The notes under the pieces were generated by a model. It had not been told where the DNA came from, ran no database searches, and worked only from the letters and a program-made list of their open reading frames with translations. Shown piece by piece: positions 25,648-38,586 of a DNA stretch of 64,000 nt (position 1 is the first letter of the stretch; each line of letters starts with the position of its first letter). Where the stretch lies: the NCBI GenBank assembly GCA_004431415.1, contig QPMI01000059.1, positions 124,001 through 188,000 of the forward strand, given 5' to 3'. The DNA is from Cyanophora paradoxa CCMP329 (taxonomy: Eukaryota; Plantae; Glaucophyta). A program made the position numbers and the translations under genes.

Positions 25648-26309
25648 GCATGTATCTTGCATAGTGGGCGGGGCGCGAGTGTATTTTAACGTGGTCTATC
25701 GTCGTACTTTGTCGTAAATATGCTAATCGTACATTTCGATTCGTACATTTCGATTGAAGTACATTTCGATTGAAGTACATTTCGATTGAAGTACATTTCG
25801 ATTGAAGTACATTTCGATTGAAGTCGCAAGTTTGTGCAGGTGGGCATTTTCGGCAGCATAAACTTGCGAACTCAATCGATTAATCGTGTTCTATCGTCGT
25901 ACTTTGTCGATTATCGTACTCTATCGGTGGGGGTCACCTTGATTTCGTATTTGATCCATCCGGATTAAGGCTATCGGTGGGGGTCACCTTGATTTTTCAA
26001 TTTGGGTAACTGTAAACAGTCTGGAAACGATCGGGAACATTTCGTAAAAATAAGGGTCTTACTGTCCTTACTGAGAAATCGAGAGAGGGTTTTAGGGCTT
26101 ACTGAAAATGGTAAGGGATTAGAAAAATGAAGAATGAAATGGTTTCGTGATTGGTTTCAGTAAGGAGGAGTTAGATGTTTGAAAAATGTAGTGTGGCTCA
26201 GTGCGAATTTATGATTTTCGCACTGAGAATTGTGGGAGATGTAAGACCTGCTTATTGACATGGTCGGCTTTTTTTGCGCGCAATTGGTGGGGGTGACCCC
26301 CCAGCGAGC
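25648..26309 (-). repeat. Right terminal inverted repeat (662 bp)
   Basis: Reverse complement of 3816-4476. Confidence 0.97.
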
Positions 26310-26529
26310 TATATATTTTCCTAGCTGTCACACGGTACGTATTTTAGTCAGGGCCTGTTACGCGGTACTACGGTACGCCGCCCCGTACGCGGCAACTTTA
26401 CGCCTCCTACTGTGAGTCCTACAGAAGTTAACAGAACTAAGTAAATTAGTACTAGCCTCCTACGTATACTACGTACCGGCCGCGGCTAGAGTACGTTACC
26501 GGTAAATCACTCTTGATCGGTCTGAAATA

Positions 26530-26773
26530 CTGTAAACGTACTAATATCCACCAGCACTTTAATTCGACAAAACCCGAAAATCCTGTCGAAAATTAGTCGA
26601 CGTCCGCCAGCGTCTTGATTTCGACACCCTGCGAATTCGCCATAGAGAGGTCAGCCGCTGGTACCCCTCTCTCCATACAAAGGCTTAATTCGCCAGCGTC
26701 AAATATTCGACTTCGCGAGGGTCTGGCGAATATAGTCGAAATTAAACGCTGGCGGAAATTCGTACGTTTACAG
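26530..26773. mobile_element. MITE, Tc1/mariner-type (TA target)
   Basis: TA|CTGTAAACGTAC...GTACGTTTACAG|TA; the imperfect TIR extends ~38 bp. Confidence 0.8.
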
Positions 26774-26945
26774 TATTACGTATCCAGTACACGCGTATGT
26801 AGCTATAGAAGTTTCCGAACGCGATTGGCTGAAGCCGAATCCCGAATCCCAAATGCCATTGGCCAGCCATAGGCTGCAGGCGCCGGCTGCAGACGTACTA
26901 CGGTACCAGCAGCCTATATAGCTATAGCGACGACGTAGGCTGCTA

Positions 26946-27213
26946 CCGTCGGGCACTAAATTACTGCGGCATAAATTACCGCGTTTTAAAACCCGGCCCG
27001 CCATAGAGTAAAATACGTATACCGCGGTACCAAATTACCGCGTTTCTACAAATTTGAGGCTTGTAAGGGGCGGTAATTATGGGGGGTACTGTATGGGGCA
27101 ACTTCTTAGCAGCAAATTACCGCGGGACCAAATTACCGCGTTTTAACAAATTCTTGGCGCGGTAATTTGGTACCGCGGTAATTAAGTGGGCGCGGTATTT
27201 ATGTGTTCTACGG
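26946..27213. mobile_element. MITE of the AATTACCGCG-rich family (TA target)
   Basis: TA|CCGT...ACGG|TA with imperfect TIRs; a close inverted copy lies at 61612-61834. Confidence 0.75.
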
Positions 27214-28006
27214 TAGTACGGACCGACTGCCACCAGGCTGCCCGCCGGCCGGCGGGACTCGGGCCACTCGGCCCACTCGGGACGTACGCGTACGAAACGG
27301 TCGAACTTTAAATTTCAGTTTCGGAACCCATAAAACTTTGAAAACTGCCGCCGCAGTGCCGCGGTCCCGGAAACTCGGGCCGAGAGGGCCCGAGGGGCCG
27401 AGACTCCCGCGCTTCCGCTGGCAAAACGCATTAATTCGGGGGCGCATTAATATCGATTCATATTATCGAAACGCTAAGAAACTGCAGTATGTACCCCCCT
27501 CATGCAGGTGAGGAAGCCTAAAAACGCATTAATTTGGGTGCGCATTATTAGCCATGTGAGGGGTCCGGGTCCAAGAACGCATTAATATCGGGCGCACTAA
27601 TTAAGTGTTTTACGGTAGCCTTCAAGCGGCCCCCGCGCGCGGACCGGCGGCAATTCAACCTATATCTAGATTGAATCGCATCGATCGGAATTTTCATGGA
27701 CACTTTCCATCCGACACATGTACATCCATCGAAAAAACACGTCGATCGCGAGAGTCGGCGAGACTGACCGTCCGACGGTCGGACGCGAATCGCTATCGGA
27801 TCGGAGGAATCGGGGGAATCGGAGCCAATTATCGGACTGGGCCATTCCGGAAAAAAGTTCTAAATCTACCAATCTAGGCCATTCGGAGGCTTGCGATTGG
27901 ACTCCTCGGAGCCTTCCGACTCATACATGCATGCCAAAAAAACATGCATTCATGAATCATGATCGCGATATCAGTCCCGACTCCCGAGAGTCCCGACTCC
28001 CGACTA

Positions 28007-28258
28007 CCGTAGACGACTTATAATTAAATACCGCGTCACATATTACCGCGTTTTAAAAGTTTTGCGCCGGTAGGCGCTTTACTGCGCTACCAAATTAGCG
28101 CCTTTTCATCAAACTGGGGTACGGCCCATACAAAAGTGTCAGCAAATCTAAGCAAAAGACTATTACCGCGCTACCAAATTACCGCGTTATAAAACTTTTG
28201 AGCGCGGTAATATGGTAGCGCGGTAGTTAAGTCAGCGCGGTATATAAGTCGTCGACGG
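28007..28258. mobile_element. MITE (TA target) related to the AATTACCGCG family
   Basis: TA|CCGTAGACGACTTATA...TATAAGTCGTCGACGG|TA, inserted within a CCGAGTCCCGACT simple-repeat tract. Confidence 0.82.
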
Positions 28259-28494
28259 TACTGTAGTAGTACAGTACTAGTACTCCCCGAGTCCCGACTC
28301 CGGGGATCCCGAGTCCCGACTCCCGAGCGCCGAGTCCCGACTCTGACTCTCTGAGTCCCGACTCCCGAGTGGGCCGAGTCCCGACCGTCGGACTCCCGAG
28401 ACTCCCGACTCCCGAGTCCCGACCGGCCCGGCCCGTCGAGCTCCGAGCCTCCGACTCGGCTCCGAGTCATGGCCTCAAGGCTGCTCAGCGGCCG

Positions 28495-28827
28495 TAGGGT
28501 TGCCGACGTTTTGCCGTGTCCGATGTCCGCGGACATTGACATGTCCATGTCCGCGGAGTCGGCGCGGACATGTCGTGTCAATGTCCGTGGGTCCGGGTGG
28601 ACATGTCCGTGGACATGAGGGGGGATACCCCTCTAAACAGGCCAAAACGCGTGCAAATCATGTTGAAAACACGCTAGCAGAGCACTGCAAACGTTATCAG
28701 CATGTTTCTGGTGCTCGGGAAGAGGCGGGGGGCAGCGGGGAGTCGCCGGGGGCCTCGCCCAAGCTGCCCCGCCGCCGCCCGCTGCTGCCCCGGGTTGATT
28801 GACATGTCCATGGACACGGCAACCCTA
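28495..28827. mobile_element. hAT-type non-autonomous element
   Basis: TIR TAGGGTTGCCG...CGGCAACCCTA, perfect 8-bp TSD AGCGGCCG (28487-28494 and 28828-28835), GGACA/TGTCC subterminal repeats. Confidence 0.9.
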
Positions 28828-28863
28828 AGCGGCCGCGGCTGTCAGCCGGCTGAGCTATATATA

Positions 28864-29079
28864 CTGTAGGATGGCTTAAATTGCCGTGGACTTCAATTGC
28901 CGAATTCGGCCAAAACCGGAATTGCCGTGGCGAGAAATTGCCGAATCCAGACGTTCGCTCTATGGCGGCCTAAGAAAATCTTTACCCCCAGCAACATTGC
29001 CGACGCTTACAATTGCCGAATTCGGCCTCTCGGCAATTTACGGCAAAATAAAGCGACGGCTAAAAAAGCCATCCTACAG
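28864..29079. mobile_element. MITE, Tc1/mariner-type (TA target)
   Basis: TA|CTGTAGGATGGCTT...AAGCCATCCTACAG|TA with internal ATTGCCG repeats. Confidence 0.85.
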
Positions 29080-31021
29080 TATAGCCTATAGGCTCATTAT
29101 CGCTCATAGCCTCGGACTAGTAACTTTTTTTTAGTAATAGTCTAGCAGTACTCTAGCGGCGTCTAGCCTCGAGCTCGGCCCTCGGATCGCGATCGGAGCG
29201 GATCCCGGAGTCTCCGAGTCGGAGCCTCGGAGGGAGTGCTAACTGAAAAGGCCAAACTCCATTGGCCGGAGCCCTCAACATTAACGTTCAATCCAAGTGG
29301 CTGCCAAACGTACCCAGGAGCTACCGGCCGATAACTCGCGATCGGCGCTAAGGCCTTGTAAGGAGCTACCCGGTACTGGCAGCCTACTGCAGCTGTCGAC
29401 GTCTCAGGCGTCTGTCATGCACATGATCAGTTTCTAGCCATACTCAGTAGCCTATCGAATCCCGTCACGATTCCCGTGTAATAGGTGATTACGGCGCTGA
29501 CATGTACATAATTACCGCGTCACCGTATTACCGCGCTCATGATCAAAATCTGTAGAATCTGTACATGCAGATCATGATCATGAGCGCGGTGATTTGGTGG
29601 CGCAGCGGCAGTAATTGATTTTTGATAACACTTCTCTATGGGCGGTTTAATTTGATGAAACCGCGGTGATTGTGTACCGCGCGTTATATGAAGGGCCCGA
29701 TGCGGCGCGCGCTCGGAAGGGGTCGTGCTCGTGCACGCCGCTGCGGGGTCCGGGGAAGGGAAATTCACTTTCGAATTCGGGGCGATTCGGGACGGGGGGC
29801 GAGGGGGGAGGGGTTGAGGCCAGGACCCTGCAGCTCTAGATCCGGAGCGGTGCGCAGTTACGAGCGGTGCGCAGTTACGAGCGCACCGTGCATATGTGCA
29901 GGAAGGCCAGGTACCGGTCGGCGCCTGTCCAGACAGCTATAGCTAGCGCTCGTACGGTGCTGCCGCATGCGCAGTGCGGGTGCGCGTGCGTGCCCGTAGC
30001 GCGGAGGTGCGCTGCTTGCCTAGTGGCCTGGAGCTCCTCCGCGATCTGCAGCTGGCGAGGGCAAACCTGCGCGGCCGCGGCCGCGGCCGCGGGCGCCGGC
30101 CGCGGCGCGAGCACGCGGGTACCGTCATGTGCGGCTAGTGGGCGGAAGCTAGTGCGGCTGGCTTGTTTCGAACCGAGCCGAGCTAGCTGCACGGCGCTAG
30201 CGCTGCCAGGTGCAGGCCTAGGCTGCGTTGCGTCAAAACGCGTGGGGGGAGGAAGTGGCAGGGGGGGTCCGTAAAAAGACTTTCTGCAGGGTAAGTTAAC
30301 TGACTCTCCACTGTGATTGGCTAGGGCGCGCTGCGTCCTCCTGTGCTACCGCGCTCTCGCCCGGCCTTGCTCCCAGAGTACGGAATGTCGAACATGATGC
30401 GTGCAACGACCTCGAACTGGTCTGGCCCGTATATCTGCTCCCTGTGCGTCGCTGGACCCGTTTTTGTCCTGGGTGTTGGTGCCTGTTCCTGGATCACCCT
30501 TTGGTCGGACGGGACCGGGCGATATGGTTTCGGAGTCCCCTTGAGATGCGCTTTCAGGATATACCGCGCGGCCCGGGTTTTGAGGAGGTCGGGGAAAAAG
30601 GATTCGGGGTAGGGTTGGGCCCAAAGGAGAGGGACAGGGGAAGTGATTTTCCCTTCCCCAATTAGAAACATTAGAACGCGGTAATTTAATTACCGCCATT
30701 ACCGGCTTAGAAGCATTAGAACCGTTGAACGCGGTAATTTGTGGCGCGGTAATTAAGTATTGCACGGTAAGGCTATATATGCATATATGCGAGTTGGCAT
30801 GATATCGATGGGCCTATCATAGATTCATAGTCTATATGTATGCGCATGGATAGACTAACAAAGCTTGTGATCATGATATTCGAATTATTCTGGCCGAGGG
30901 ACTCGGGAGTCGGGAGCATCGGAGTCGGCCGGGAGTCGGGAGTCGGGAGGGGACCGGGACGCCGGAATCCGGAGGGTACGCTATACGGTGGCGCGTTCCG
31001 CAGGGTGTTCGACGTCTATCG

Positions 31022-31063
<42 letters not shown>

Positions 31064-31531
31064 CCCCCTGGCCGCGGGCCATTGCAAATTGACTTCGAAA
31101 TCTTGATCTAGATATACTAGGTCAACGTCGACCTTGAGATGAACTTCGGATGCTTATAATTAAGCCTAAGGTTTCTATTAACCGTCACTTGCTTCGAATT
31201 CGTTCAGCTTCGAGATTCTGCGATTGTGATTGTAATCATTATTACTAAAGCTTTTGTTGTCTCTTTTAATATTAATATTACTGCCTACGACGGGGGGCCG
31301 GGGACCGGGGTTCGCCCCACGTGCACCGTATTCTCTCAAAGAATGTCGATATCGATATTGTATACGTATTTGTTTAATGTGGCCGATGATTCCAGAGCTA
31401 ACTGACCAACTTTTCATATGGAATATGAATGCATATGCATAGATAACGAAGCGCGATGACGATGACTAATTGACGATGGCACGCGATGGCGTCGAATCTA
31501 ATCTTATCTACGCCCGGGTCGAATGTAGATT

Positions 31532-34500
31532 CTAGAGGCGCCTGTTCGAGACGGCGGCCTCCAGCAGCTCGGTGGCCTTGCCCTTGGGCGGGTGCGCCAC
31601 GTAGTGCTTCTGCGTCCCGTCCGGCTGGAGCTCCGGCTGTGATGAGAATGAGAGGAGGAGAGCGGCGCCCCACGTATGCAGCTTATGGGCGGGGGGGGAA
31701 GGAGGGGGGTGGGGGGGAATGAGAGGAGGAGGAGAGCGGAGCTCCAAGCGTTGAGCTTGGAGCTCCGGAGAATTTGGAGAAGCGCACCTGGCGGTACGAG
31801 TGCCGGGTCTTCGCAAACATTTCGTCGCGGCTGGGGGGGAGAGGAGGGAGGGCGCGCGGGTAAGAGGCAGCGGGGCAGAGGGGAGGCGGGGGGAGGGGGG
31901 AGGGGTACCTGACAGCGTTGACCACGTCGGCCGCGGCGGCCGCGGCGAGAACGCGCGACTGGAAGTCGCTGCGGCGAAAGATAGCTCAGGGGTACGCGCG
32001 AGCGGCGGCTGAGAGCGCGGGGTACGGCGCACCGCTCGCCGCGGTCCGCAATGAGTACCCAGAAGGCGAAGGTGGCGAAAATGACGATGACTGCGGTGAA
32101 AAAGGGGGTGAGAAGGGTCGGACGGGGTACCGGAATGAAGAAAAAGGGGGTACAGGTGACGGCCGCCCCGGCGAAGAACTCGTAGGTGAGGAACATGAAA
32201 ATCTGGCGGGCGTGGTTTGAGATTCGGAGGGGGTAGAGATAAAAGGGGGGGTACGGCGCACCATGAAGAGGTGGTACACGAGCAAGCCCCACAGGATACA
32301 GTCGTACGCCGAGCGCCAGAGCGAGCCTGCAGAAATTCGAAAATTCAGAATCGGGGAAAAAGGGGAGGAAGGAAAAAGGGGGTACGAAAAGCGGACCGGA
32401 GGCCTGGTAGGGGGGTATGTAGACGAAGAGGATGTTGTAGCGGTTGACGACGAAGGCGATCGCGAAGTAGATGAATCCCCAAATAACGATGAATGGAGAC
32501 GTCGTCGAGTAGCAGAGGGTCTGGCCGCGCGCACGGACGTGAGAAAAAATACGAGGAGCGGTGGGGGTACAGGAAAGGGGACGGAGAAGGGGTACGCACG
32601 ATCATGAGGATGAGGGAGTGGTCGGCGTATTTGATGGGGTAGCTGATATCCTCGGGCTGCGTCATGGGTCGACCCGAGTCAAGCGGGGTACGTTGCAGCA
32701 GGGGACGCGATCCGGAAGGGGGTACGGCACCTGATCGGCCAGCTCGAAGTCGCGCGGGGTCTTGCAGAGCCACTGCCGAGCGGGGGGACGCGGTCAGCAA
32801 AGCCACAAAGAGACCGGGAGTACAGGATTTGTACCTTGCGCTTGAGCCAGCGGACGATGAGGGGTCCCGGGCGCCAGAGCTGCATGGGGAGGGCCGACAG
32901 GGCGTAGATCATGATGTCTGGCGCAGGGGCGTCAGGCTACAGAACAGGGAGCACGGAACGAAGCTAAGAATCTAAAGCCAGTGCGATGAGAAGCAAGTGT
33001 CACGCTCGAGGAAAATTTCGAGTTTAATAAGCCGACAAGCAACCAGAACGCTACTAGTTTTAAAGAATTTCGATGAGCTAATAGAAGCTACCAATCTAAA
33101 GCCAACGAGCTAATAACCTAAAGCGAGCGAGCGAGCGCGACGCACAGTTGATGAAGAATGTGGCCTGGCCGGAGAGGCCCATGCCCAGCAGGTCTGCCGG
33201 GATAGTGGCGATCAGCGCTCAGAGGGACAAGGGCGGGCGCAAGGCAGGCTACACGGCGCGGGGCAGGCTTAACAGCAGACGGGATAGGTCCGGAACGAAA
33301 ACTTCTTCTACTAGATAAATAGGGCGGATAGAGAGATAGATAGATAGATAGATAGATTTTCAAAGAGGAAGGATCAGGTTCGCGCACTGACGATGTTGTT
33401 GAATGAGGGGTCGGAGCGCATCTGGTCGAACTTCTGGAGGATGGCCCCCGAGATCGTCGTCGCCAGGAACACGTTGAACACCTGGGGGGCGGGAGAGAGG
33501 GGAAAAAAAAAAAGGGGGGGGGGGGGTCAGGAGCTCAGGCTCGGGCTCGGGCGCGAGGCCTAAGGATCGGGCTAGGGCTAGCTAGCGCCAGGGGCCTCTA
33601 CGCGGCCCCTAGGGCTCGGGCGCGGGCCAGGCTCGGGCTAGGGCCAGTGATGGGGGCCCCTACAACGGTCCTCTATCCTTCGTTCGTTCGTCCTCCACAC
33701 ACCTTAAAGGTGAAGAGACGCGTGTAGAGGAAGTCGTCCGCCAGTCCCTAGAGGAAAGGAGTCGCCGTCAGCGGCAGACCTCGCGATGGCCGAAGAGGTG
33801 GGGATTCCATCGCTTCGCATTGTTCTTCCATCTTAAAATAGACCGGGGGTACCTCGGTGAAGATGCCCATGAGGTGGGCGCAGAGGCGGATGATGATGGG
33901 GAGCAGGATGTTGAAGATGATGAGGAGCAGGGTGGGGAGGAAGCCCTCTGCGGGGTACAGTGAGAAGGGGCGGGAGGGGGCGGGAGGGGGGTATGGGGGT
34001 ATGGGAGGCGCACCAATCCACGCCGCGATGGCAGTAGGGACCTCCGACGCCTTCTCGCGGGCGCCGAAGATCTGGGGGGCGAAAAAAGGGGGGGGGAAAT
34101 TCTCAGAGGGGGTACAGGGTCGTCGGGGCGGGGGACGGGTGGGCCGGGGGTACCGCGAAGAGGTTCTGGAGGTTGGCGACGCCTTGGATGAAGGTCCTGC
34201 GAACGAAGCAAGGCGGCGGCCTCGGAAAACGAGCGAACGAAGTCTCGAGAGCGGCGAGGACGGGGGGGGGGTACGCGGACATGGGAATGGCCCAGAAGAA
34301 GATGAGGAGGAAGAGGAAGATGCCGACCTGCGGGCGGGCGGGCGTGTCGGGTCGGATCCGATTGAAGAGTGCGTTTAGGGCACAGATGATAGCTCAAGGC
34401 TATGCGCTGGAGGAAAATCAAAGAGTTGTGAACTACATTCGATTGCGGAACGTAAAGCCCAAAGAACATAGCGGATCGCCCTAGAAGGGGTCCGGGGCGT

Positions 34501-37500
34501 GGGTGCGGGAGCTGTTTCAAGACTATGTGCCTAAGGGATTCCAAAGCCCCAGACCCCGCGCGTCGCCCAATCGAGTGCGGAGCACGCCTAGAGGACACAC
34601 GCAGCGGATCGCACTAGAAGGGGGCCCAGAAGGGGGCCCGGGCCGGGCCCGGCCGGGGCGGCCGGCGCGGGGCGGGCGAGGGACGCACGAGGACTTTGCG
34701 GATGGTGCGCGAGCTGCGCGAGATCGCGAGGTTGTCCCAGATGATCGCCTTCGGGTCTGCTCGGGGGCGCCGCCCGTCAGTTGGATCAGTGATCGGTTGG
34801 TGAAGCATGTAAGGAAGTCTTGACGCTAGCTATGCTTATATTAGCTTGACGCTAGTCTTCGGGTCTGCTCCGGGGCGGGGAGGGCGAGGAGGGCGGCGCG
34901 CCCGTCAGTGATCCAAGTCCAAGTCCAAGGATCTTGATGCTAGGCTTATCTTATCTAATCTATCTATCCTTTGACAGCCTTAACGCTTTGCTTATGATGA
35001 TTGCCTTCGGGTCTGCTCCGGGGCGGCGCCCGTCCGTTGGATCAGGGAGGATGTAAGGAGGTCTTGACGCTAGCTATGCTTAGATTATCTATCCCCCGCG
35101 CTCGGAAAAGCAGCCTAGCAGCCTAGGGCGAGGAGGGCGGTGCGCCCGTCAGTCATCCTAGGATCGAAGGAGAGGGACAGGACATGGGCGGCGGTTTTGA
35201 TGCTGTGCTCATGGAAAGCCTAGCCTACGCTTACGAGAGCGGCTTATTTTTAGCAGCGAGGGTTCGCACCGGGGGCGCGGTAGCAGGAGGAGCCGGGGAG
35301 CGCCTCCTTGACCAGCTGGCGCTGTACCCCGGCGCGGACCGCGAAGATCGACGTGAGCCGCGCAAAGGCCACCTGAGGGGAAGGAGGAAGAGGCGTAAGA
35401 GTCGGAGGGAGGGAGGAAGGAAGGGAGGGGGTGGGAGGAGGAGGGGGGGGGGAGGACGAAGGAAGGGGGCCGAGGCACCTGGACCGTGTCCAATCCCTGC
35501 GGGGCCCGTTAGGAGGAAAGAAAGAAAGGTAAGAAGACGCTATCGTTCTTTCGTTTGTTTAAGAAGGAATCTATGCATTCATGGCGCGCCTTCTGGCGCT
35601 TGGCGGCCTCCTTGTCGTTGTTGGACGACTCGACGAGCGCGCGCATGGCCATAATGTCCGCGTCCGCCGCCTCGATCTGGAAGGGGGGGTACGCCCTGGT
35701 TAAGCGGGAGGGTACGGGCGCGCGGGATAGGGGGGGGGGTACGGGCTGCGGACCGCCTTGCGGTGGAATTCGATTGAGTCGACGGGGCCCGTAGGACCGC
35801 CCGCGTCGCCACCTGCCGCCGGCGCGGGTCGGCGGGGAAAGCGGGTACATCATCACAGAGGAGAGCACGGGTACCGATCAGTGAGGAAACGAGGCGAGCC
35901 GCTCCGGAAGAGGGCGTGTGCATGGGGCGCCGGCCGGTCTGCGGCGGCGGCGGTCTGATGAGTCGGCGCGGCGGCGCGGCCGCCCCGGATGCCCCGGCAC
36001 ACCTTCTTAGCCTCGGCAATCGCCTTTTCGAGCGCGAGCTCTGCCTCGTTCCGCTCCTCGATGCGCTGTGCCGAAAGATCAGCCGGGAAGGCGTGAGGGG
36101 GGGGAAGGGATCGAAGCGGGGTACGCGATTCGCACCTTGCCCAGATCTGGGATCTTGTACACGAGGTCAAGGTCCACGAACGTGCCCTCGATGTACCTGT
36201 ACCCTCCGATGAGCGGTTGCGGGGGTACCCGGAAGGGGGCGGGGCGGGGCAGGGCGGGGCGACGAGTGGGGTGGGCGGCGGAGGGGAAAACGGGGGGAGT
36301 CGACACGGGCGGCCCCACCTTGCCCGGAAGGGGGGGGGGGGGGGGGGGCGGGGGGGGGGCGGGGTAGGGGGAGGGGACAGACGAACGCACCGCTTCTTGT
36401 GCTTGTCGTACTCGTATATAGCCTGCTCCGCCTTGTCGTCCTTCGGTGGCAGATCCCGCGCCGCCGTACCCCCCTTGGCGTCCTTCTCCTCCTTCTCGTC
36501 CTCGGGCTTACCCCTCCGCTTCTCCCTCCTCCGGCGAAGTTTCTCCTTGCCGTACGTCTTCGAGAGGGCCTGCGGGGTACGGAGTTCGCGGAGAGGAGCT
36601 GCAGCGGACGGGTACGGGATTCCCCAACCTTCTCCATCTCAACCTCCGACATCGTGTTGACGGGAAGCTCCGTGATCATCACTGCGCGGGGGTACCGATA
36701 CTTTGAGGGCGCGGGGGTACCACCGCGCGATCGGCGGGTCCGCGGAGGGGGTACGCACGCGTGTAGTTCTGGGAGCGGCACTCGGTAATGGCACGCAGGC
36801 GGTAGTTGATGTACTGCGCACGCGCAGCGCGTCAGCGAATCGAATCGGTCCAACGGCCCCGGGACCGGAAGAGTCTAATCTAAAGCTTGCCTCCTTGTAG
36901 TCGCGATTGAACATGTAGAGCGTGACGAAGGTGTTGATGATTACGCTGAAAATGTGCGCTATGAGGCGGTTCGAGCGCGGCGCGACCTGCGGCGGCGGCG
37001 GCGGTGGCGGCGCGAGCTCAGCGGCGCAGACGCTAAGGCTGAGTGAGGCGGCGCCGCGCGCGCACGTTCGTCATGTAGATGCGCTGCAGGCCCTCGATCT
37101 TTTCCTCCGTCGGGACCGTCGAATTCCCGCTCGTCGTCAGAACGACCGCTCGCCCGTCCGCATACTCTCCGGTCGCGTGCTGCGGGGGCGAGCCGGGGCG
37201 GGCGCCGCGCTCAGTGCCGCGAGTCGAAGACCGGCGCCACGAGACGCGAGATTTGATCCACGCACGATCGGGAAGAGGACGACACAACCAAAGAATAGCT
37301 GAGTGAACAGAACGATGGCGACCATCTTGATATAGCGGAGGTACCTGTGTCGCGCGCGATTCGAACGCGATTCGAAAGCGAGGGGCCGAATTTGATCGCA
37401 CATCACGTAGTCGATGCCACTGGCGCGGTAGATGACTTCATCGCTGTACAGGAACAGCGTGTCGTACAGCCATGAGAAGAGTCCCGTGCTGACAGGCTGC

Positions 37501-37903
37501 ACAAGCGACTCCGGCCTGCGCGCGGGGCTCAGAAGCGCCGCCGGAGCTTGGGCGCTGGGCCCGCCGCACCGCAGCGCTCGGGGCTGGTAGGTCATTTTGT
37601 TCCTGCGGAGGCGTTAAGCAATGCGCGGTCGACCCCACAGGAGCCCCTGCACCGGTTCCGGCAGCACATGAAGAGAGAAATGAACACCGCGAAAAGCACG
37701 GCCTGCGCGCGCGTTGTGGGTCGGGAAGTCGGAAGGAGGGCAGCGGCAGCGACCGCTCGGCAAGCGCACATTCGAGATGAGCGCGGCGACGAACTGCTGG
37801 CCTGCGGGGCGGGACGGTCAGCGTGTACGGCGCCGGCGATGACAGCGCTGAGGGCGTTGAGGAATCCGGGGCGGCGCGGAGCATTAGAGTCGCGCAGAAT
37901 CAT
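31532..37903 (-). CDS. OSCA/TMEM63/CSC1-family mechanosensitive channel (multi-exon; boundaries approximate)
   Basis: Exon peptides GLFSWLYDTL..SDEVIYRASGID, YLRYIKM..FFGCVVLFPI, DPKAIIWDNL, VFNVFLATTISG, QATFFIN, FIYFAIAFVVNRYNILFVY, GSLWRSAYDCILWGLLVYH. Confidence 0.85.
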
Positions 37904-38586
37904 CGCGCTGCTTCGTTCTATTGCTGCGATGCAATGGAAGGGCTCGGGCCGCTGAGGGCGGGGCGGTCTGAAGCTAACGGTTTCGAAGGCTGAGTGGTCG
38001 TGACTGGCGGGAGCCGGGGATGGCAGAAGGCGGTGCGGTGCCCTATGTGGCCGAGCGTGCGAAGACCGCGAGCGCACCAGAGTTCGCCATCGCTGGCCAG
38101 ATGCACGGGGATCAAATCCAATGTGGTTCTTGGCTCTCGCCAAGCGATGCGCTTCCTGACCACGAACACCACGAACTAGACGCGAATCGCGACCGGCAAG
38201 GCTTTATCCGCCCTCCACACCTGCAGCGCGAGGGTCAATAGCTTGTTGCGGAGATGGATCGGGACGAAGGCGAGCGGAAGGCTAGTTGGCTATGGCGAAC
38301 CGGAAATCTCTTCGGCTGTTTCACGTCGCTGTTGATGGCCCTCGAAGAGCCCGCCCGCCACGCGGATTGCTGCTGTCGGCAGCTTGCAACCCGGGCCGCT
38401 TGGCGCCCAACACAGTCCAGGAAGCTGGTTGTTTAGCTCCAAGCGCAAGGTTCGAATCCGCTGCGACGCCGGGCCGCGAGATAACGCCCAGCTCAAGTAA
38501 GGTGTCGCGTACCCCCCGTTCGTTGCTGAAGCTTTGCGCCATTGGCAGTCGGCCGCCGGGCAGTTCTGCACGCAGCTGCGCTAGGA

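Larger units (their letters stand above)
3816..26309. mobile_element. TIR-bounded endogenous polinton-like virus (element B, ~22.5 kb)
   Basis: Long TIRs, pPolB-like gene, SF1 helicase, A32-like ATPase, DJR major capsid protein, minor-capsid-like genes and fibres. Intron-less and lower in GC than the host flank. Confidence 0.93.

Noticed and set aside
25517-25780. 87-aa ORF
   Set aside because: Starts within the TIR tandem repeat; not gene-like.
1-26309. Bacterial prophage or contaminant interpretation
   Set aside because: DJR capsid, A32-like ATPase, pPolB-like gene and long TIRs contiguous with eukaryotic MITEs and spliced genes fit an endogenous PLV; no terminase, portal or HK97 capsid was seen.
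29520-30770. Possible larger TTACCGCG-bounded element containing ORF 30321-30671
   Set aside because: Ends, TSD and protein family could not be established.
31022-31061. Poly-Pro ORF from a ~40-nt C run
   Set aside because: Homopolymer of unreliable length; non-coding context.
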